64,000 nucleotides of DNA from the NCBI GenBank assembly GCA_002633005.1, contig NMRA01000753.1:102894-166893 (forward strand). Direction: 5' to 3'. Origin of the DNA: Phoronis australis (taxonomy: Eukaryota; Animalia; Phoronida). The position numbers and the translations under genes are program-made. Below are positions 14,424 to 27,967 of this stretch, piece by piece; within the stretch, counting starts at the first letter, position 1; every line of letters starts with the position of its first letter. The notes under the pieces were generated by a model. It saw nothing but the letters and a program-made list of their open reading frames with translations, was not told the origin of the DNA and did not search any database.

Positions 14424-17284
14424 CTCCTAACCTCTTGCAAGTTGTCGCGATTTGGACAAAGTGTCTGGAACAACACCCATTCAAAATTTATCGATATTTC
14501 TATAAAATTGAAACGTGTTGTAGCAGAAAAAATGGATACTTGTGAGTCAAAACTTATGCGACTTTGTTCATTTTATTTTGAAACTTACTGTACATAGATC
14601 TGATTAAGACAGCATCATTTCCCGAAATGCATAAATGCATCATCCATTAGCACGTAGATTACCTGACCGTCCGTGCTGCCTCATTTTCCTCAATAATTTG
14701 CAATTGCGACCCGTATACAAAATACACCATACGAAGTTTAATAAAGAATGACTGTGCATTTGTCAAAAGGATGGCCTGTCTAGATTAGAATACCTGTTGA
14801 CGAAACCTATATGTGTAAGTACTTGACAGCTAGTCAGAGAAAGGAAAGTTAAACATCGGTGAACAACTTGTTCAACATAATGTTTATTCAGTATCTACAC
14901 AACCCCCTCCAGAACTGTGGGAATATTGGAACTGAAAGATCGTGACATAAGCAGCCTTTCTGTCCTCGTCCGTTCCCTGTGTTTATTGAGGTTTTTACAA
15001 TGACACTTGTTCGAGGTGTTTTCCATCTCTTAGCTACTTGAACACAATGGCCACAATTGGGAGGATAAAGATGACAGGTCCCTGTTAAAATAACACCGTG
15101 TTCTGATAACGAAAAGTAAAATAAAATGTGGAATTCTTATTTGTGTTGGTTGAGATGGTATAAATGTTCACGTAAAGCGAAGTTTGGCGGAAGTTGGAGA
15201 AACGTAGTGATCGTATACGAACGTCTGAGATATAGAAACTGATATTGAAATTCATGATTTAGTCATCTTCGTCAATTTTTTTGTTATAAGGTGTGATAGG
15301 CGCCGCTGTAGTTTCCCTTTCCTGGCGAACTGTTCTAAGTAAGCACGCGTCAGAGAACTGCAGACGAGAAGTGTGATCAGAACTAAGACGTTTGGTTCAC
15401 TGAAGAAATTGAATATTTAGAGGACATAAACGTCTTGCTTAATTGAGTTTGGTGTCGAATATAAGAATGGGCCGTCCTTATAACACTGGCAACGTCGCTC
15501 TCGGCGTGTTTTTGTTTATGCCATAGGTGTCTTGTCCTTACAGACACTGTTTGAATTGCTGCAGGTGTTAGCCTGCTTAAGCATCATTATTTGCAAGTTT
15601 GGGCCACTTTTGGAAAGAACACTCCTTAGGCAAACCTCCCAAAGAATGTCTTTCTTTGAAATATTCCTTATTTAAAGTGTAATGTGGGTAACGTATCTGA
15701 ATGGTGATCCGTTAACCAAGGTCAGATTACGTGCGGGAAAGGAAACGCAAATATTTGGCTTTCCTAATGCGGGTTTTGACACTGATGCCTGGAATATCCT
15801 GGAAATTTGAAAAATTGACAATTTGTGTCCTTGTGGGATTATTGGATCATCGTCAATAGCCATGTCTACCAAAAAAAAAACAAATTACGTCCATAAACAT
15901 AAAATTCCCAAGTAAGCGATTTAACCTGAAAAGGTCACGCAAATATTTAATGTTGTCTATGCTGTTTACATTCTTTTTGAATGAGATGACTGAAAGCCTT
16001 TCAACTCGATTTAAAAACTAATGTTTTACAGGTGCCTGCGCACTTTGTCCATTCGTACTGTTTCGTTATCACAATCCACACCAACAAACAGTGCATGGAA
16101 TTGTTTAAAGGGTTAGTTGATCAAAGGAAATAGTAAAGTATTGGATTCGTGTACAATTGTCGTGTATTTCTCAGATACCAAAAGATGCCTATTTGCTGCA
16201 GCAACCGGAGCTTGGACAACCAAAACATGGCCCTAGATAAGAACAACCCGCTTACTTGTTGTAACCTGGCGTCACTGTTGGACTTACTCATCCACGTAGA
16301 GAACCCCATCTGCGGGACTTGGAAATTAGCACCACCCTTGTGATTGTAATTTAAATTTGTCTATCATATTTTGTTTACTTTGAGCGACCCCTATTATCGT
16401 TGGATAATGGAAGATGCATTTTTAGTCGCCAAAGAAGTGTGAACGTCATGACAGTTACTTTCAGGCGTTCTATTGCTACTAACTTCAATCAGATGAAGGA
16501 TAAGGATACGATAACTTGCATTTGAAGAGCAAATACGCCAGTGAAGAAATTCCGTTTTTGTATCCACATGTTTTATAGGGGTTTAGCGGCATTAAATGAG
16601 ACTTCTGGCTTAAAATGTCCCAAGCACTTATGAAGTTAATCTTCCGATTTCCATGGAATTTTGCCTCACACAAAAGTTCGGTCTGAATAAAAGCTATAAA
16701 CGACATAAAAGAAAGCGACCGCTTTTCATGCTTCGTTCACAAAATGTAACCCACATAAAACGAAAAAGCATTATTGCCGGAAGTTAGCCTAAGGTCAACA
16801 AATAAGTCAACACAACATTAAAAGACCAATTCACTTGTTATCTTTCTAAGGATAACAGTGGTTTCGTCGATGGGTCTACAAGGAGTGTACAAACTGTTCA
16901 TTGTTTTTTTTACCACATCTTCCGGACACGATCCTCTGATAAACTCTGACCCAGAAATAATGTCATCCTGACTCGCCAACTGTAAACAATATTGTGAGAA
17001 CAACCGCAGAGGGGCTTGAACGTGAGAACAATAGAGTGTCGCTCTTGAAGCTGAGCTCCATGGTTGAAAAATCATTGCCATTGTCAGCGAGTGAGCTCAA
17101 TGTTAAGTGTGGACAGATAAATAGACGCGGTGCCTGCGGATGGAATGGAAATCGTGACAGCAAACGAGCAGATAGTGACTCTAGGCGCAGCCTTTGATTA
17201 GAGGGACATAGAATCCTTGGTCTAACTCAACATGACAAAACTAGGACCCTTTGTCTCCAAAACTGAAAGTTTGTGTGTTTCCAG

Positions 17285-17435
17285 AAAAGAGGAAGAACGC
17301 GAGAAAGACCCCGATTTAGCTGTGCAGCTGGATGTGTTTGATGAACAAAAGGCTAACGACGATGAGCAGCTACCGGGGCCACAGGGTGTTGATCTCAGTG
17401 ACCCTTTAGACGTGTTTCACGCCATCTTTCGCCAG
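17285..17435 (+). CDS. INF2: Inverted formin exon (end of DID)
   Basis: gtttccag|A...CAG|gtaag; KEEEREKDPDLAVQLDVFDEQKANDDEQLPGPQGVDLSDPLDVFHAIFRQ (DLxxQLxxFxE, GVDL motifs). Confidence 0.92.
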
Positions 17436-19440
17436 GTAAGTTATATCTCGTCTTTATAACTGCTTTCAAGCATACTTTACTTGTTAAACCAATAAGTAAA
17501 TGGTTCGCGGCATTTAGGCACAAGTTGAATGTTTATAATACGCTGTGTTATAGCTAATTCCACAGTTTCTGCCTTAGGCAATGATGAGTATTCTAATAAG
17601 AATGTTTAGAGGAACGATCAGTGCATTGTTCTTGAACTTTTGCAAATAAAAACATCGGCTTTGAGTTTCGACGCAACCGGTCATGTTTTCGTATTGCATT
17701 CTATGAAGCTGTGTGGATTCTCGTGCACAGCACTATGGTAAATACGTAACCACTAACGAAAAAGGGTGCAATGGGAAATATAAAGAGCAAATGGGTTTAA
17801 AGATGGGATCGTCGTATAAAAATGGGTTTGCTGAACACCCGTTAAATTGTAGCGAGACATTTTGTACCAGTCTTGGCAAAGGAAACTGGCCACAAACCAC
17901 TCAAAAATCTACGACTTGGCAAAATCATAGCGTTGGATGAGAAACGTTTGCATTATCATGCCAATTCTCCTGTGTTTAAGAGATTATTAATCCTTGTGTA
18001 AAGTATCTCGTGTCTTCTGGGCGTGGAGTAGTTGTGTTCTAAAACGCAACACTCAAAAAAATGGGTTATCTTGAATCACACAGATTCTGGCACTACTTGA
18101 ACATTTTGAAATGTTAAAGTTGTGTCTTTTAAAATAATCTGAGTGTGTTGGTGGCTCTCCCTAAGCCCAAATCCAAATACGGTTAAATGGATCAGGAACT
18201 TGTCTGAGCCTCCTAATCTTGCTTTCTAATAATTCACAAAAATAACTATTTAATAAATTTCTCTTTCCACATAGTTGTGTGCTAAAAGCAGTGTGGGTCA
18301 GTACTCCATACCGAAATTTCACTTGTTTTGTTGTAACCGTCATGCTGTGTTGGTAGGGTATGACCGCAGCGGGTGACCGCGCAAATAATGCACGCCCACT
18401 AGGTGCCGCCAACTTCTAAGAATTACGTGACGTCATGATATGCTAACAGTTGCCCGGCAATTCATTCATACACCTTTCCAGTAGTTTCTACGTAACAAAC
18501 GACAAAGGCGAGGGAGACTGAAATATAAAAGTATTTCAATGAAACTTGATTTTAAGAACTGCCGACATTTCCCAAGCACAGTATCCGCTCGTGATTTGAG
18601 AAAGCAGCAAACAGACAAGTTTGATAGCGGAAATGGTTAAATTGGATTATGAATGCATATAATGCAACGGTACGTGTGCTGACAGCAGGACATATCGAGA
18701 AATGCTCACAAGCGTCAGTGGCATATGTTAAATTTTGCATTCTTTCACTCACTTTCTTCATTCACTTAATGACATGTTACAATATGCAAAGATTACTTAG
18801 ATTACACGTTTCTTTTTTCGGTTTCTTGCTTTTTGGGCGGTAATGTACATTTACTAGAGCCGTAAGGGTCAGGTTGGGTGTGAGTGCCAAAAGTTAGTCT
18901 GATCGTGCTCGGATTGTTCTTGTTTCCGTTTTGAGAGCTCGTTATGGGCTTTATCTTGTCAATGGCGACCATGAATTCGCTTTATTTAGTCTGTGGGAGC
19001 ACGAAGAGACCAGTTGACGATGATGGTTTTATAACGAAATTGTGGGATAATGACACAAAGCGGTGTGCACAATAAAATTAAGTTGAACGGGTTTTTTACA
19101 TTCATTATGGATCGTTTGCCTGTCATAAACTATTGGTGAGTCATTTTCACGAGGTTGTAAGATATCTCTTATACAAATCTTAAAGTGCGCGTATGCCTAC
19201 TTGATTTCATGTTACACGGTGAGTCATGTAGTGGTATAACCTGTCTCTTATGAGATTTAATCCATTCGTGAGGATAGTATACCCCTTGAAGCTGCTAAAT
19301 AACATGTTGTTGTGTTAACATTATCAACTTCTTTCACAAAAGTATTGTTTCTTCAAAAATAACGTCATCGCGTTCTCTGGCTTGGATTGAAATTCATTAC
19401 AAAACAAGTCGCTAGAAATTCTGCCGCCATACTGCCTTTG

Positions 19441-19596
19441 CGATTGAAACTAACGCGGGCGACGTGACAAGCGATTGAAACCAACCCGGACGACGTGACA
19501 AGCGATTGAAACCAACCCCGGCCAAGTGACAAGCGATTGAAACCAACGCGGGCCACGTGACAAACGATTGAAACCAACGCGGGCGACGTGACAAGC
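19441..19596. repeat. ~31-bp tandem repeat x5
   Basis: gcgattgaaaccaacgcgggcgacgtgacaa units head-to-tail. Confidence 0.92.
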
Positions 19597-21517
19597 AACT
19601 TAACTGACATTATGGAAGGGAAAAGTGTTTTTTTTAGATCAATCCCGAAGCGGAAATGAACCCACACCCTCCACAGTGACCTCCTACGTTCTACTGGCGA
19701 ACATAAACCCCACTCGTTGGTGTCACATTATATATTTTAAGCAAATTTAACCGGACCAGTCACCGGCCTTGATTTCAGCGTATGGCTGGCAAACAACGAT
19801 GATAATTGACAATTTGTAATAAAAGCGCAAAAACACAGTGGGTTTTGTTGTTTTATGGCAAATAACCTCTCAAAATCCATTCCAGGCCCCAATAATTCAA
19901 AAAATGTGTTTGTAAGCCGCAAAATCTTTTATGTCCCTTGAGCCAAATCTAAAGCAATAACGGTCTGTCAGTTCTCCTCAAAAACAGAAATCGTATCTCA
20001 TCTGAGTACTTAGCAATATTAGTCCGATTTTATATCACATCTAAACAAAAATAAAAATAAAAAACGCGTGTTCATTGCCCTGTCCTATCGTTGGCAAACA
20101 CTACATGGAAACCTAGACTGTGAAATACATCAGTACCTAAATTTGCACCGTTCTTGGTGTGGCTTGAAAGCTTTGGACGATCGTTTGAACCACACTCAAA
20201 AATCCACGCTTCCGGCTCATGTGCATTGCTGCATTCTTAACGCGCCGATCCACCACAATGGCGATTTCGGCCGAACGTCTTCTCACCCAACTCGGGCCAC
20301 TTAGCCTACTAAGCAATCAATGTTCTTGTTCTTTTGTCCTTATGGTAACAATAATGTGCTAACATATGGTAGTATTTCATGTTTACAACACTGCGAAATC
20401 AGTGGCCGTTCAAAGGCACCCTTCATTTCACGCATTTCACAGTAACTGGTCGAAACTGAAACAGCAGTGTTTGCAAGAGAAAGATTGAGCAGCACATTTT
20501 TTTCTTACTCGTATTAAACTGTTTTGCATGTTCTTTAAAAGAATCGGAATTTCGCCATACCAACAACATCTCGAAAACCAACGTTGTGGCCTTGAATTAT
20601 TTCAGACTGAAGAAAATAGTAGAAGATCAAGTTTACAGTATACTTGATGTTTGTTATGTCCTAATGAACTAGGCTAAAATACCAAACGTGACGTTATACA
20701 ATTTGCCCGTTTGTTTCTAAATTCAGGCGCCCTAATAACACATTAGGAGCAGAATGTCATTACTAGAAATGATCTTTCTATACACTAATTCAATGTACTC
20801 AACGGCTTTTCACGTTAATTTGGAACATGTAATCCGCGTGTACTTTTTAGATTCAAATAAGAAAATATAACAAAGTCAAGCGTCTTCTTTCTACAAAGTT
20901 GCCGACGTTTCTCTTAGCATTTTCCTGGGCTGTGTCAAGCATAAACATAATATTTGCACCAGGGGTTGTTTTGTGATTTACAACTGAATGACTTTAATCG
21001 GTTGAAATAGTTGAACTTTTATTGAATATTTTCATCGTTCTGGGTATTGAAATGTAATCAGCTTTCTCTTGAATGAGTCATCCGTCATTTTTTGCCGTCC
21101 TCCGTCTAAGGGTCGTCAGTCTGCATCGTGACTCATCGTTCTAAAATTGTTTATTAGTTTAAAGAAGATTTCACTCTTAACTACATTATACTGGAATTTT
21201 TTTGATAAATGTGTAAACAATGGAGTTATCTGAACAACACAGACGATTTACTGCATGCTACATATCTTCTTAAAATGTTATTCTTGTAACAGGTCGAAAC
21301 ATTCAAAAACAAATTTTAGTTCAGTCTATTGCACACCTGTAAACTGGGGTGACATACATTAACCTGCATTCAGAGCTACATTACATATTTACGTGCTGGT
21401 TATAAAAATTAAAGCCCGTATATATGGCTAAGTTTCACCCGGAACTTTTTCTCCTTAATTGTACCTGTTTTATTACTAGTGCGTTTGATTATCGACCTTC
21501 TCCAAGAACAAGTTCAT

Positions 21518-21632
21518 CTGGAACATTTCGTTCCACCTCCTGAAGTGGGGCAAACTGGAACATTTCATTCCACCTCCTGAAGTGGGGCAAACTGGAACAT
21601 TTCGTTCCACCTCCTGAAGTGGGTCAAACTGG
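21518..21632. repeat. 37-bp tandem repeat x3
   Basis: ctggaacatttcgttccacctcctgaagtggggcaaa at 21518, 21555, 21592. Confidence 0.95.
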
Positions 21633-22421
21633 TGTCAGTTTGTCAAAATTGAACCACTTCTCGATTCCATTGGTAAACACGCGCGCCAGATAAAAACTCC
21701 CAGAATGCATTGTAACTCTACATTAACAGTTGATTACGCTGTAACAAAATGTGAAGCATTTTGAAACAAAATAAAAGTCGTTGACATAAATGTCGAGATT
21801 GCAAAGTATTTTAATTTAAAGAATTCCAAATAGTCACCAAGTGTCATTGTAAAATGCACGTATCTTGATGTTATTTCGCTTAGACCCACATTGCTCATAA
21901 TTTACTATAGTTTATAAACCTCTAGAACAGTCCTCCTCCCTTGTCTGATCTCATTCTTTACAACGCCCAGACAAACGTAACCCATTGCTTTTCGACCTCT
22001 CCTCCGCTTTTTAATATATGTAAACATTGTATTTCACAGCTACGCCCTTCGTTTGCATTGTGAAATTATAATTTTTTTTCGTGCTTCGCATGGCCTGGTG
22101 CCTTATGATCAAATAACAAGGTCACGTGATGACCCATCTTCAACCGTCACTCATCCATGCACTCGCATCAAGTGGCAAAAAGCTACTGCTAACTACGCAT
22201 GCCATGTGTGCCAGGAAACGAAAACGGACAAACGACACAACTGATAGAAGTACGGAGACTGTAACCACTATGTCACTATGTACACACTTCCTAGTAACGA
22301 GGCGGTGTCAAAATATCCACTTCAAACTAGGCTCGACGGTCGATTTATTTACTAAACTTTGCGACTACCCAACATTTGATTTATGATGGCAACATAATAT
22401 TCTCCTATTCATGTGTGTGGG

Positions 22422-22488
22422 TATATATATATATATATATGTATGTTTGTTTGTTTGTATGTATGTATGTATGTATGTATGTACGTAT
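22422..22488. repeat. Compound microsatellite (TA)n/(TGTT)n/(TGTA)n
   Basis: read directly. Confidence 0.9.
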
Positions 22489-22553
22489 GCAGTATGAATA
22501 TCGTGCCATAAGACAAACGTGGCGACTTGAGGTAGCACGCAACACAGTCAATG

Positions 22554-24271
22554 ACAAGAGCAACGCGAAGCGTTGAAGTGCTCCCACGACTGTACCGCAA
22601 ACGGTGTGCGTCTAGGGGTGTTTGTTTAGATGGCTAAGAATACACTGAACCCATCCAAAAATAAGGTGTCCTGGCACTCAAAATTATTTGCAAAATTCTA
22701 TGAAAATCTGTCAAAGAACTCCAAAGGTACAAAGACAAACGAAAAATAAAATACTGCCTGCCATTAGGAACCACAGCAGTAGTGGAATCCATCCATTTGC
22801 TGTCAAGTTATTAGGAATACAATTTCAAAATTTCAGAAACATCTTGCAAGGGGTTTAAGAGATACAGCCGTATATGCAAAAATGTCAAAAGGGGGGACCA
22901 CAGTAGTTGGACCCGTTTGAAAATCGACGTTAGTCATGCTCTGGTCAGTAGCAACACATCGGCCAATTTTCATAATGATCCTCTTCACGGTTTGGCAGAT
23001 ACAGAAGCAAACGACAAAGGACAGACTAAAAAGTAATTAAAATGGCAACTATTTGGTGCAGAATATGTCGAATCCAACACAAAAAGAAAGATGCTGTCGT
23101 CTTCATAATAATTCACGAAGAGGCATCAAGGAACTCTGAGTTATTAGGGAGCACAGCTGTAGTTGGATTGGTCTGAAACTGGCTGTCATCTGTTGGCATC
23201 CACATAGGTGCACATCTGCTAAATTTCAGAAAGATTTTGCACAACGTAAAGGAGATAAAGCCGTGGACGCAAAAATGAAATTGCTCACTAGGGGGCCAGA
23301 GTAGTTGAACACGCCCGAAAATCAACGTCAGCCTCGGTCTACTCGTCAGGAACACATCTCCAAATTATAATAGTGATCCTTCAAGCGTTTTGGTGGATGG
23401 TGAGGGTAATAAAAATTTTGAAAATGGTCGAGTGGTGCATATCGAATACGTCATATCCGCTCGAAAATGAGAAGGTGTCGTCATCTCCTTAATAGAAACC
23501 TATTTGCAAAAATACATGAAAATAAAAACAGACGCTGTACGTCGAATCTATCTGAAAACGGTAACTTGTGGACTAAATTAAATTTCATAAAAATCTGCCA
23601 AGGAGTTTCAAAGATACGGAGGACAACGAAAAAATAGAATTGCCACTAGGGTCACTAGGGGACGGATCCGTCTGAATGTCGTCGTCTTCCGTTGTCAACT
23701 TCTTTTAAATGCAATTGCTAAATTTAATAAAGATCCTGCAGAAGATTTAGGAGGTACAGCGATGGGCGCAAACAAAAAACAAAACTGCCACTAGGAGGTG
23801 CCACGGTAGCTCAAGTCGTCGGGAAATCATCGTCAGTCGCGCCGTCCTCTTCACAGTAGGAACATATTTCCAAATTTTCACAATACTCCTTAGATTGGTT
23901 TGACTGACAGAGGGGCGGACGCCAAAAACAGTGGAAAACAGTAAAAATGGCTGCTAGGTGGCGCATAATCTGTCGAATCTATCCGAAATTCGCTATCCCA
24001 ATAATAAAAACCGATCTGTCCAAGTTTATGAAAATCCGTTGAGAACCTTTGAAGATGCAGCGGCAAACTTAAAAAAAAACTAAAATTGCCATTAGGGCGC
24101 ACACCGGTATTTGGATCCTTTTGGTTTTCTCATGCCGTCCCATCCATGAAAAGAACACGTGCAAAATTTCATGAACATACGCCAAAGGGTTTTGGAGATA
24201 AAGCAGCGGACGCCGGACGGACGCTGGAGGGATGGGGAAGATGGCGTAATGCGCCCACATATAAAGGTTTT
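22554..24271 (-). mobile_element. Non-autonomous Helentron-type element (HINE) with internal diverged tandem subunits
   Basis: On - strand: atatgtgggcgcat head, gtccgtccggcgtcc microsatellite, subunits containing cctagtggc, 3' subTIR gtgggagcac and stem-loop caacgcttcgcgttg then ctcttgt; homologous to 58903-60754. Confidence 0.75.
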
Positions 24272-24323
24272 CACCAATCTCATGTATTACTATACATGAT
24301 TTTACATAAGTTTGTTGAAGACC

Positions 24324-24385
24324 TTTTTATGCCACCACATATTTATATGTGGGCGCATTATGCCCTCTTCCCCGTCCTCCGGCGT
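24324..24385 (+). mobile_element. Head fragment of same HINE family, head-to-head with 22554-24271 copy
   Basis: tttttatgccaccacatatttatatgtgggcgcattatgccctcttcccgtcctccggcgtc matches 58903-58970. Confidence 0.7.
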
Positions 24386-24412
24386 CTCAGGTATTACTAC
24401 ATATGATTTTTT

Positions 24413-24497
24413 GAGGAGGCAGTGTGGTCTAGCATGATAGGTGCCCGCCTTCTTTACTTGAGGTCGTGTGTTTGAGTGTCACTGGGCCACACTGCTA
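24413..24497 (+). mobile_element. Possible decayed tRNA-derived SINE head
   Basis: A-box-like tggtctagcatg and B-box-like gtgtttgagt at tRNA spacing. Confidence 0.3.
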
Positions 24498-26038
24498 GAC
24501 CCTCGAGTTTCTAGCTTCTCAGCTCGGTTTTAATTATATGTTAATAAAGCACAAAAATAGTTTCCGGTGATCAGTGAATGGGCCCACATGCGCGGCCTGC
24601 GCACGTCTGGTGCAACGTGTACCAGACCGCTTGTAATTATTTTTTTATGTTTGATTTTCATCCCAAAGTAGCTACGTGTACTACTGGTATAACATGCAAT
24701 CGGTCACACAAAAATAATTAGGCCTACCAAAAAGTTATTCTTCTATTTTTCCTTTGCTGATAACGTTTCTGGAAATAGTGGAAGCATTTTGTTTCATATC
24801 GGACACACAGTACAAATAAAACAAATAACACCCTAAAAACACTGATTTTAAGAGTTGTTGAGAAATTTGACAAAGTAAAATTTCAATTGTTCACTAGATT
24901 GTGTGCTGAATATGCGTAAGTCAAGAACTAGCGTATTCATCAATTGTCTGCGTGTTTTATCATCACTCTTCCCCAATTGTGTTCTGGAATGCTCGTTTTT
25001 TGTGTGCCCTTTTGATTAAAAATAGATTCATCATTTATGACCTGCCTTTTACCTTCACACCTGTTATAGGACTAAAGATAAATTAGTCTCTAGCACAAGC
25101 AGTGCAAAGCGGTGGATATTACGCAGCGGACAAAAATCGGGTGAAACGTAAGGTGGTATAGCCAAGATTTTCTAATCACATTTTCTACGTTATTTGTTTC
25201 GACACCATCTAATGTCACTTGGTGCTCGTAGGGTGTGCACATGATCCCTAGTCAGAAGTGTGCAAATTTATCTGGTTTCTTAGGTTAGCCCGAAATATTT
25301 GCTGCGAGGTGTTCACCAGGTTTTTCCAAGATGAAAAACCTAGTTTTCATTTACGATGTACACGGAAACGTTAATGTTGTGAGAATAAGGACCTAGCCCG
25401 GGATTGTGTTCATTTATGAATACCAAAGAATACGTAGCTCACTAGATGGCAGTTCAACAAACATGTTTGTGCGTTTGGTTCTTTATTCCAGCAGCGTGAA
25501 TAAACAAAAACATGTTTCTACAAATTTGTTCAACAACATTCAATCATTGTGACTGATGTTAGGACAGCGGATGAATGTAATATTGTCGTAAATCTTGTCA
25601 CACGTGTTTTCCGTAGTCTGCGTAAAATGCTCACGGTTCCAATGCGTAAAATAACTGTATTGATCACTTCGTAGAAAGTAACCGTAATCCTTTTGCTGAG
25701 TTTAATGCACTGGTTCTGTTCACTCATCTGACTTAGAATCCTTAGAGTAAAAACATAAGTTTTGCATAAACACTTAGAGATGGTCTAAGCAAACACCTGT
25801 GGGCGTCCAGAGCTACATGTTAACGTTCAAAACATCGGCTTAAAGATTGTGTTAGCGGTCGTGTTAAGCATGGCTCAAGGCTGTTGGACAAGTGTTGGCG
25901 TAAGTAACTGTTTAGGCCTATATGATCTACCGTAATGCAATATAATGTGCAATAGCAAACTATGAGAGAGATATAATATGCGGGCACAAGGATTGTGAGT
26001 CTTTGAGATAATATAACCACACTTTGTTTTTGCTGCAG

Positions 26039-26776
26039 GTCACAGATACACCGCAGGAGGTCTCGTTTCTTGCGACTCTTCAACATTTGCTACAAGTTGA
26101 TACCAGCGACAAAAACAGTGACATAGTTTGGGAAACTATAGAAAAACTCGTTCACAGGGCTTTATTCTTAGAGAAAAAAGAGGACTCGGAAAAACTACTC
26201 CGTTCTAGTTCGAAGAAATTGGAACAGGCCTATAACAGTGAACGCACAGCGCGTTCGCCGTCGCAAGACAGTGGCCAGTTCTCGGCAAGAGATGAGCTGG
26301 ATTGTTCACCGAAATCGAAAAGTGCAATAGAACAAACACAACAGATGACGATAGCACCACCACCACCTCCTCCACCAGCGCCACCTGGATGCGCCCCTCC
26401 ACCACCACCACCACCACCCCCTGGTTTACCGGGTGTTCCTCTCCCTCCCGGTGTACCACCGCCCCCTCCCGGATTACCCGGTGCACCACCGCCACCTGGC
26501 GCGCGTGGAAGAGAACTTTCGATAAAACTGCCACAACAGGAGACTCCTCAACCGAAACACAAAATGAGAAAGTTGCAGTGGAATAAAATTCCAGTGAACA
26601 AAGTGATCGGATCCCAGAACTTATGGTCTAATATGGTGTCGCTTTCAAACGGGTTTAAAGTAGACTTTGAAGCTATGGAAGAGTTGTTTTCACAGCATCA
26701 ACCTCGAGACACTTCCAAAGCAAACAACGGTATTAGTAGTGAGAAACCGGAAAAGAAGAAAAAAGAATCAAACGAG
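26039..26776 (+). CDS. INF2: Inverted formin exon: dimerization domain, FH1 polyproline (~26356-26500), start of FH2
   Basis: tgctgcag|GTC...GAG|gtaac; 738 bp in frame; FLATLQHLL, poly-P tracts, KMRKLQWNKIP lasso, DFEAMEELF. Confidence 0.96.
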
Positions 26777-27222
26777 GTAACTATGTAATCTACGTATAAT
26801 ATTTTTTCTTAGTTTATTTCTTGTCAAGGCATGATGCATCTACTGTCTGAAAATTTTTCACACAAGAGTTGCTGTACTATACGCCAACAGGGGGAGCACG
26901 TGGAGATGTCATGACCAGTAGCTCCACTGTGAATGTGAATGGATACGTGTCAAGATTATGACTAAGACAGGTGTCTCCAATGCAGACGTGATATAATCAA
27001 AAACTCCAGGAAAAAAAAACAACAAAGAACATTACCAGTCGTAGGACATGTTTGTTCTGAAGCTAAAGAAACAAATTAGACTTGTTAGTCAGCATTTAGA
27101 TTGTTAGTTGAGAGATCTTGCTGGTGTTGATGTTTTGAGGGTCGTGGACGAGCATTTCTTTGTGAGAGAATATTCTTCTCTGAAAATAACGCTGTCGTTA
27201 TCGGTGACTTTCTGTCTTTCAG

Positions 27223-27473
27223 ATTAACCTGCTGGACGGGAAGAGAAATCTAAACGTGAATATTTTCTTGCGGCAGTTCAGATCCCAGCATGAACAAATT
27301 ATTCAGCTAATCAGGGAAGGCAAAAGTAAACTCATTGGTGCTGAAAAACTACGAGGTCTTCTGAAAATTTTGCCCGAGCCTGACGAGGTGGAAATGCTGC
27401 GTTCATTCGACGGTGACCGCGAGAGGTTGGGTAACGGCGAGAAGTTCTTTCTTCACCTCATAGACTTACCACA
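27223..27473 (+). CDS. INF2: Inverted formin FH2 exon
   Basis: ctttcag|ATT...CA|gtaagt; INLLDGKRNLNVNIFLRQFR with the conserved actin-contacting Ile, LLKILPE, GEKF. Confidence 0.96.
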
Positions 27474-27866
27474 GTAAGTTTTAGGGATAACACCAACCAA
27501 CAGCTTGTGATAAGACATAACAAAAGGTCTCCAACATTTTCTTATTGTTATGAGTCGTAGAAACATCTATAGTTCAATTTTCTTCAGTGTGGTTCATTTA
27601 GATGGTTCTCAGACAAGTTTACATGAAAGGCATTTTCCGATCTACCAATCTTTTTAACATGTTTTCTTGCGATTATGTGTCCATGTTTATGTGATGAATA
27701 CAGAATTGCGTCAATAGTGGGCACGGAACTTCCAATAGATTTACTACTTCAACATACGAACCATTGCTTCTCACATCCGATAGCCATTTGTTTTTGTGAC
27801 GTGACAGAACATGGAAATGTAGGTAGGACCCTATTGCGGATGCATGTATGTGTGATGGTTTTACAG

Positions 27867-27967
27867 ATACACACTGAGGATTGAAAGTCTCCTGCTCAAA
27901 GAAGATTTCGAAAATCAAATGGACTGGATCCGACCCTCGTTAGATGCAGTTATTGTGACTGCTAAAG
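27867..27967 (+). CDS. INF2: Inverted formin FH2 exon
   Basis: ttttacag|A...G|gtaaaa; (Q)YTLRIESLLLKEDFENQMDWIRPSLDAVIVTAK; phases fit neighbours. Confidence 0.93.

Noticed and set aside
19441-19596. Repeat containing ATTGAAAC, like a CRISPR repeat end
   Set aside because: Units are head-to-tail with no unique spacers, no cas genes, and lie in a eukaryotic intron: a minisatellite
1120-21140. Apparent enrichment of AP-1 (TGA[CG]TCA) sites in formin introns
   Set aside because: About 8 seen by eye against roughly 3 expected from composition; too weak without a formal test
21518-21632. 37-bp repeat of CRISPR-like length
   Set aside because: No spacers; simple tandem triplication
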